A stretch of 64,000 bases of DNA from Phoronis australis (lineage: Eukaryota; Animalia; Phoronida), in NCBI GenBank assembly GCA_002633005.1, contig NMRA01000391.1, positions 236,159-300,158 on the forward strand, written 5' to 3'. This document shows, piece by piece, positions 58,688 through 64,000 of the stretch. Positions within the stretch are counted from its first letter, which is position 1. Each line of letters opens with the position of its first letter. The position numbers and the translations under genes were made by a program. Under the pieces are notes generated by a model, which did not search any database, was not told the origin of the DNA, and saw nothing but the letters and a program-made list of their open reading frames with translations.

Positions 58688-60383
58688 GTTAGTGGCTTAT
58701 ATATATAACTTTGTCAGTTCAACACAAGTCAGCAAATTTTGGCATAAATTCTTTAGTGGTGACTTATTAGGCAATTAGAATTTTGTACGATTCTTGACAA
58801 TTATATCAACTTTTAGGAAAGTTTTCTTTGATTGGCATACGTGTTGTGCAACTGTCACTAAACTACATTTGGTGAAGTTTGAGCATTTCTAAGAATGTAA
58901 TAATCCTTGGAAAAAATCCAATATTAGTATTTACTTTTGTCCCAAACTGAAGAATTTTGAGTTTACCATTCATTTTGTGACTTGACATGTGACAAGGTGC
59001 GTAGCTCGGTCTGGATTGGAGTAGTTTGAAAAGAAAACAATGGTATATCTCTGTTGTGGTGTTCGCCTCAGTTTGACTCGAGCGAACATCTGATAAGTTG
59101 AAATATCTACCTGACTTATTTTTCCTCAGTCCATATCGCAGCAAACCTTGGTGAAATTCAACCAGTTTAGGGCACACTTTATTGCCTCAAGTTTATTGCC
59201 TTTCTATTATTTCGAATCTAATGCACCGTACATGACCTATTGTCTAGCTCAGCAGAAGATAACTGACTTTTCAGGATACTGCTTTCTGAGGTCAAGAGTT
59301 GCTATTATGGTGGAATAATTAACTTGTATACTGTAAAGGGTAGAGCATTGTGATAATTTCTTGTGAATAACCTCGCCAGAAAGATGTGTTTTTTATCAAA
59401 ATTTCTGCAAAATTCCAGAATTGTACTCGGAAAAGGAGCATGTTTTCTAAAAATAGAAAGATTGATTTTCTACTTAACACAAATCTGCCATCACATTGCC
59501 CTTTTTTATTTCATACAGCTTTTAAGATGAAAACTGATATTTTCATAAGAATCATTTTAGTTAAGTGCTAGTCCACGAGAGCACCAGCCATGAGCGGCAA
59601 GGTGGGGGTCAGCCGATTTTCACCAATTTTGGCACATAGGTAGTCCTATGGGATCTATAAACAGCGGTAAAATATTTCCGCAAAATATTGCGTTTTTCTA
59701 AAGTTATAGGCTCAAACACATTTTACAGCTTCGCAGCCATGTTTTCACGGTATAAAAACTGTCCAGGTTTAACCGTTCATATTTTTCCTTGAACGAAAGG
59801 TATTGATTTATTATTCACTTGGCATTGTTTAGTGGTGCCTGTAGATTGTTACACAGATGTCTTGAAACACGATTTCGATTTACCACCCTCATTTATTAGT
59901 TTCACTACACTGCCCCCCGTTATGCCATTTTGAGGTTGTGTTCAGTACACTGCTGTACCAAATCTGCCCCCACTGTTATGAGAATGTTGACAAAACATGT
60001 TACTTTCATTTCATAAAATAAAAACTTTGTCAGCCAGTTTATTAGTTATATATCTTGGCACCTCAAATGCACTAAAATGAGAAATTTTCATATATCTGAG
60101 ATCGATGCGTGAGCACCGTAAAATCCGATCGTCCTTCATGTTTTTCGATACTTTGCAACAAGTTAGTTCCTCCTGAATGTTTTGAACGTTTTACTACTGA
60201 TCACTTAGGGCTATAGTACCCCTAAATACCGTACATGGCTCCATTTTGTAAAAAGCCGATTATGTCCTCCACAGTGAACAGGGTTAGACATGAACTCGAC
60301 AAATGTAGGTTATTTTGATTTACAGTTGTTTTACTTTGCAATTTCCTCATGGGTATTTCTTCACACATATTCAAGTCAGATTT

Positions 60384-60662
60384 NNNNNNNNNNNNNNNNN
60401 NNNNNNNNNNNNNNNNNNNNNNNNNNNNNNNNNNNNNNNNNNNNNNNNNNNNNNNNNNNNNNNNNNNNNNNNNNNNNNNNNNNNNNNNNNNNNNNNNNNN
60501 NNNNNNNNNNNNNNNNNNNNNNNNNNNNNNNNNNNNNNNNNNNNNNNNNNNNNNNNNNNNNNNNNNNNNNNNNNNNNNNNNNNNNNNNNNNNNNNNNNNN
60601 NNNNNNNNNNNNNNNNNNNNNNNNNNNNNNNNNNNNNNNNNNNNNNNNNNNNNNNNNNNNNN
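60384..60662. other. Assembly gap (N run)
   Basis: Run of n characters. Confidence 1.
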
Positions 60663-62049
60663 TTGATATGATCTGCTACACCATTTGAAGCAGTACTGAG
60701 TCAAATCTGTTGCACTGTCTGATGTCAATAAATAATTAGCCCCACCCATTGATACTTCCAGCTCACTTTCATTGATATGATCTGCTACACCATTTGAAGC
60801 AGTACTGAGTCAAATCTGCTGCACTGTCTGATGTCAATAAATAATTAGCCACACCCATTGATACTTCCAGCTCACTTTCATTGATATGATCTGCTATGTT
60901 GTTTGGACCAGTGTGACACCAGAGAATGCCAAGCCCCACCCATTCCGCTGGTCACGACCTTTACGACCATTATTCATTGTTAACTTTGGTGAAGGGAAGG
61001 AGGTAAATGTCTTTTATATTCTTAAACTTCACCTGCTCAATTAAAGCTCTCCTATACAATCAAGTAAGGCAGGTTGAAGGTAATTGTCAGTCGTCCTGTA
61101 ACCCTTTCATATTCCGTCAAAACAAACTTTTTAAATGAGTGCATATTTTCTGAATTCCTTGTCTTAAGCTGTCATAGAATCATTTGTAATCACCTGACCA
61201 TTTTTGTGAAAAGTATGACTGGGTCTAGTATGACATCTTTTGAACTTAATTTTGCGAATGAGTGTTGTCACTTATTTCTCACCCTTGCCATATTGGTTAA
61301 AAAATTTGGCTGGTTGACGTGGCAACAAACCCTCCGTTCATCACAAAAATTATTTAGTCTACTAAGCTTTATAAAATTGGTCACAAATTTCTGCTTAATC
61401 AAACTGGAGATGATATTAAGGCTTCAAAAAAGGAGTTGCTTATTGCTTGAAACCTGGCTCTCCAAGTTGGCATCTCTTATGTCATTTTATGCCCGATTTT
61501 GCTCTGAAGGAATAGCAAACTGTCAGTACTAATCAAACCCTCAAATCACTTCTCGTCTGAGTATGAAATAAGTAGAGACCAAATATATAAATGTATTATT
61601 ATTATTATTTATGTTATAATAACATTATAAATGTATTATTATTATTATTTATGTTATAATAACATAAGAGTGCTAGTAAATACAATCTCAAAGACAGAAT
61701 ATTCACCACACCCCCAGACTTAATGGGCTTACTCAATCACCTAATAACAATTAAACCATGACATAACATATTGCACAAACTCAAATATGACCGCTTCAGA
61801 CTAGTTTATAAACAAATAATTACTTCTAACCTGCAAAGCGTCTTGAATGAATTTCGCTAGAGTTGTCTAAATCAAGGTTTAATGCACTAGATGTACCTTG
61901 AGTTTATAGCTGCTGTTCTAATTGTATGATATTGATATTTACCTCACACAGATTTATAGCTGCTGTTCTAATTATGTGATAATGATATTTACCTCACACA
62001 GATTTATAGCTGCTGTTCTAATTGTATGATATTGATATTTACCTCACAC
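60663..62049 (+). repeat. Near-identical second copy of ~57284-58568, including a copy of the TPC S3-S4 exon at 60871-61002; probably an alternative haplotype placed in a gap
   Basis: Direct match with scattered SNPs and indels; bounded exactly by the N-run (60384-60662) and a single n (62050). Confidence 0.85.
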
Positions 62050-64000
62050 NAAAGTTTTTATTGTATTAATTTCAAGGGCATGGAGTCTTCTACATGTCCA
62101 TGTTATTATTTTTAGTTTTCTCGTGGGGGCAGCTTCGCTATAAGGGTACAGCTTACTGCTGGTTTTTCACAAGACGGAAACGTACCTCCACGAAAACAGT
62201 TCCAGTGTTACCATGGTAACCGATATTGCGGTTTCGGTGCCGTTTTTACTGACATTGGTCATGAACCTATCATGTGATATCAAAATTGTTCAGAAACGAT
62301 TCTGTTTGAAGCAGAAACTATGGAGTAGAAAATTTGGTCAAAAATGACTCATTCCACACCAAGAAATTGCCTCATTTTGCCCCCCAGAACACTTCCCTTC
62401 TATCTCCTAAACCACCAAACTTTGTGGTGTCATACTTCACCCATTTTCTCTCATCCCTAATATGATTTATCAGACTAAACATGGATCTGAATGATTGACC
62501 CCCCACCTTGCCGCTTGTTGGCTGTACTGTGGTCAGTGGATCCGTGGACTGATACTTAAAGCCTCAATTTTCTGTTTTGACGGCATCTTATTCAAAAACA
62601 AGCCCTTTTTGTCTGGAGAACAACATCGATAGCATAGTGTCTGTTTCATTTGAGTCTGATAAGCTATTTTTGAGATATCGTGTTGGCAAAATTTGAAATT
62701 TCATCACTCGTAACCATAAAGTAAAACATCAACTTTTTACCTGGAGGTAAAGTACAGCATGAAGAGCTAAACCATTAATGGGCAGGCAAATTTGGACTTA
62801 AAATTTACGGCTTAAAAATAAAAGTGATATGACATTCGATTGCCAATCACAAAAGAAAGGCCCGACTTAGACATCATCGTACCAAAATGAACAACAAAAA
62901 AATTGTAAAAATAAAATAAAAGCAGTTTACGCCTTTCTTGCTCCTGCTGTGGTTGCACTCAAGCGTGGATTTCGATCGACGAAACGGTACTTGCCACTGG
63001 GCCGGCCTGGCTGGGAAGCGTACAAGGTAGCGTTCAGGTGTGATGATCTCATCGATCACTTGGTCCGCCCATCTGCTGGCAGCTCGACCATTGCCTGCTG
63101 TTTCTCACTGCATTTAAACACCGCCAAAGTAGCCGTTTATTCGAAAATAATCATGTAAGGAAACGCCCAACCACGTTACACGGTGACCATAGATGCACGA
63201 CAAAAAGAAGAATATTGTCGAGTCACTACCGTAATTGATGCGGGCTGGAATAGTTTCAGAGATTATGCCAACACAATGAAATATGGTATATTATGTGATA
63301 CTAATTATGGTATATTATGTGATACTAATTGACAGAAATCTTTTCAAAGGTCTTTTAAACACATGCTTTGCTAATTTTTTAACTTTTTGAATAGAATGAA
63401 CTAAACAAGTCGAAAAGCGTACTAGATAAATATTCTAGGTCCAGAGCGGAAGTACATTGAAAAGTGCCTCAACAAACAACAAATTTAAAAGCGTAAGGTA
63501 TGGTTTTACAGCTTTTTTTGTTACAAATTCAAATGAAATATCAAAAGTGACCTGTGACTAAAAGTTAAGAAGTTGTGTTTTTACAACTGAAAACAATTAA
63601 GCTAAACTAATAAAGCTTTGTGATCAATCAATTGACAGTGTACACAGATCATACAATGGGGCTCATTTATCTTATGCTGATAAACCCACTGAAATCTTTT
63701 GTGCACTACATGGCACTTCGCTTTTTGGAAAACGCGGCACTTTCGAACTTTACTTCACCAGGCACTGCTGCGACTTGTCTCCATTAAAATGAGTAATTGT
63801 GAATAGCAACTCCGCTACAACTGGGCTGATAGCAGAGATTGTTAAGTCCACTCCATTAATATTGTGTCTGAAGTCACCCATTGAAGTGTGTATTATCTGC
63901 GATTGGTAAACATATTTTGGGTGTTTTGATCAAGTTAGTTCGTTCTTAAAATTTCACACACGGACAGTACTAGGAACCGTTAATTAGTTTCTAAGTTCAG

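Larger units (their letters stand above)
59570..62550. mobile_element. TIR element whose interior contains the assembly gap and the duplicated TPC segment
   Basis: Left AGTCCACG...CAGCCATGAGCGGCAAGGTGGGGGTCA; right TGACCCCCCACCTTGCCGCTTGTTGGCTG...CGTGGACT. No clear TSD. Confidence 0.6.

Noticed and set aside
60222-60749. ORFs containing long X runs
   Set aside because: Artefacts of the assembly gap.
62870-63160. GC-richer segment with short ORFs on both strands as a further TPC exon or small gene
   Set aside because: No similarity to the expected TPC pore-loop exon (…TTAN.PDV) and no consistent splice sites; probably transposon interior.

Overview
AT-rich, repeat-rich animal (invertebrate-type) genomic DNA with spliceosomal introns and one assembly gap (60384-60662, plus a single n at 62050). 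Most of the ORF track is noise; the real genes are spliced and were assembled by hand. (1) A gephyrin gene (GPHN; MogA-like G domain, His-rich linker, MoeA-like E domain) lies on the minus strand: 17 exons from the ATG at 50243 down to 2981, 577 codons in one phase-consistent frame, with the last exons beyond the left edge. (2) Head-to-head with it on the plus strand is the 5' part of a two-pore channel gene, most like TPC3 (6 coding exons, 52354-58687). (3) Inside gephyrin intron 7, on the same strand, is an intact two-exon ORF of about 500 aa with an unusual Cys/His-rich domain resembling WRKY/GCM-fold (Mutator-type) zinc fingers. It has its own polyA signal and a phase-0 acceptor in frame with gephyrin exon 7. 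It could therefore serve as alternative terminal exons, giving a G-domain::zinc-finger fusion, and an 83-nt cassette exon could switch this to a stop/start-overlapping bicistronic form. This is the main candidate for an undescribed system and is inferred from splice signals only. The introns also hold a Kolobok-like THAP element, a decayed mariner/maT transposase, a tRNA-derived SINE, several MITEs and a HINE-like satellite-bearing element with CTCF-like motifs every ~150 bp. No prokaryotic features, CRISPR arrays or rRNA were found.
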